Source of the DNA: Candidatus Nezhaarchaeales archaeon
GTDB taxonomy: Archaea > Thermoproteota > Methanomethylicia > Nezhaarchaeales > WYZ-LMO8
DNA: 64,000 nt
Assembly (NCBI GenBank): GCA_038887515.1
Contig: JAWAKK010000002.1
Location: 192,001-256,000 of the forward strand
Direction of reading: 5' to 3'
Shown: positions 63,171 to 64,000 of the stretch, piece by piece
Layout: each line of letters opens with the position of its first letter
Numbering within the stretch: the stretch's first letter is position 1
Translations under genes and position numbers: made by a program
Notes under the pieces: generated by a model
Told to the model about the DNA's origin: nothing
Databases searched by the model: none
Seen by the model: the letters and a program-made list of their open reading frames with translations, nothing else

Positions 63171-63899
63171 GTCTCCGCACACGCAAAACGCTTCCAAAAT
63201 TAGGTCGTGGAGCTTATCTAGCCCAGCCTTCTTTAAGGCTGATATCACTACCGGTCTTGAAGCGCGCTCGTACTTGAAGACGAGGTCCACAAGCTCTAAA
63301 GCGAGGTCAGAAAGCAAATTACTTTTAAAGCCTAGCTCCCTCTTAATTTCGTCGGCCCTCAACGCCAACTTAGATGGATCTACGAGGTCTCCTTTATTGA
63401 TTACAGTAACCGTTGGGATGTCTAGCCTTAGCTCAATTATAAGCGAAAGCATCTTTATCACTAGGTACTCGCTGGCATCACGCATAGTCTCGGCATCGAC
63501 CATGTAGACGGCCACGGCTCTCCCAAGGTTCTTAACGGCCTTACTTAAAGATGGACCTAGCCCCCTAAAGACGAACAACTCCATTTGACCGGGAGTATCG
63601 ATCAATACGTAGTCGGCTTCCTTCAAAGCTATGCCCTTAACTATATCGTCAATCCTCTCCTCCATGAGCTGAGCGGCCATAACCATTGCTCCATTAGGTC
63701 CAAGGCCTAGTCCTTTCATTACATCGTCGATCCTCACGATCTCCCTTATGTCAAAGGTCGCATTATACGGAACTTGCTCTACTCCGGGGTCTAGATTTAT
63801 GTAGGAGACCTGAAAACCCAATTCCTCCAGCCACTCGCCGAAAGACTTGATTAAGGTAGTTTTTCCGCACCCTGCCGTTCCAACGAAGATGACGTACAA
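63162..63899 (-). CDS. GPN-loop GTPase
   Basis: GTAGCGKT, NLDPG, LGPNG, DTPGQ, NKGD. Confidence 0.93.
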   Translation of the reverse strand: MYVIFVGTAGCGKTTLIKSFGEWLEELGFQVSYINLDPGVEQVPYNATFDIREIVRIDDVMKGLGLGPNGAMVMAAQLMEERIDDIVKGIALKEADYVLIDTPGQMELFVFRGLGPSLSKAVKNLGRAVAVYMVDAETMRDASEYLVIKMLSLIIELRLDIPTVTVINKGDLVDPSKLALRADEIKRELGFKSNLLSDLALELVDLVFKYERASRPVVISALKKAGLDKLHDLILEAFCVCGDLT

Positions 63900-64000
63900 G
63901 AGTATCGTCCCTCATAAGACTTTTACAATGAAGGAGCTTAAAAGCTCAATGCATTAGGGACTGATGGTGAGAGCTTGAAGTTAACTTTAAGTAGTAAGAG

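Overview
This is a core-genome segment of a thermophilic TACK/Thermoproteota-like archaeon. The assignment is inferred from a GC-rich 16S-23S operon with no spacer tRNA or linked 5S, and from Cren7-like, S30e, Rpc34-like and TFE genes. The window holds about 60 housekeeping CDSs (translation, RNA modification, nucleotide biosynthesis), RNase P RNA, 16S and 23S rRNA, and two tRNAs, one with a 13-nt intron. Main finding: two essential nucleotide-biosynthesis genes are interrupted by tiny tRNA-type bulge-helix-bulge (BHB) introns. pyrG has two (20 nt at 29611-29630 and 32 nt at 29664-29695, around a 33-nt micro-exon) and purA has one (17 nt at 23924-23940, minus strand). Cutting each at the canonical archaeal splicing-endonuclease positions restores the reading frame and the invariant motifs ([20 protein letters not shown]; GDEGKGK). 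The introns share an AGGC...TTAG...GCC core, which suggests a family of mRNA introns beyond the known crenarchaeal cbf5 case. Splicing is inferred from sequence only. Other notable items are an aldehyde:ferredoxin oxidoreductase-hexulose-6-phosphate synthase fusion, a zinc-ribbon Cren7 variant behind helically phased A/T tracts, enlarged 23S helices, and several small ORFs missed by the ORF track.
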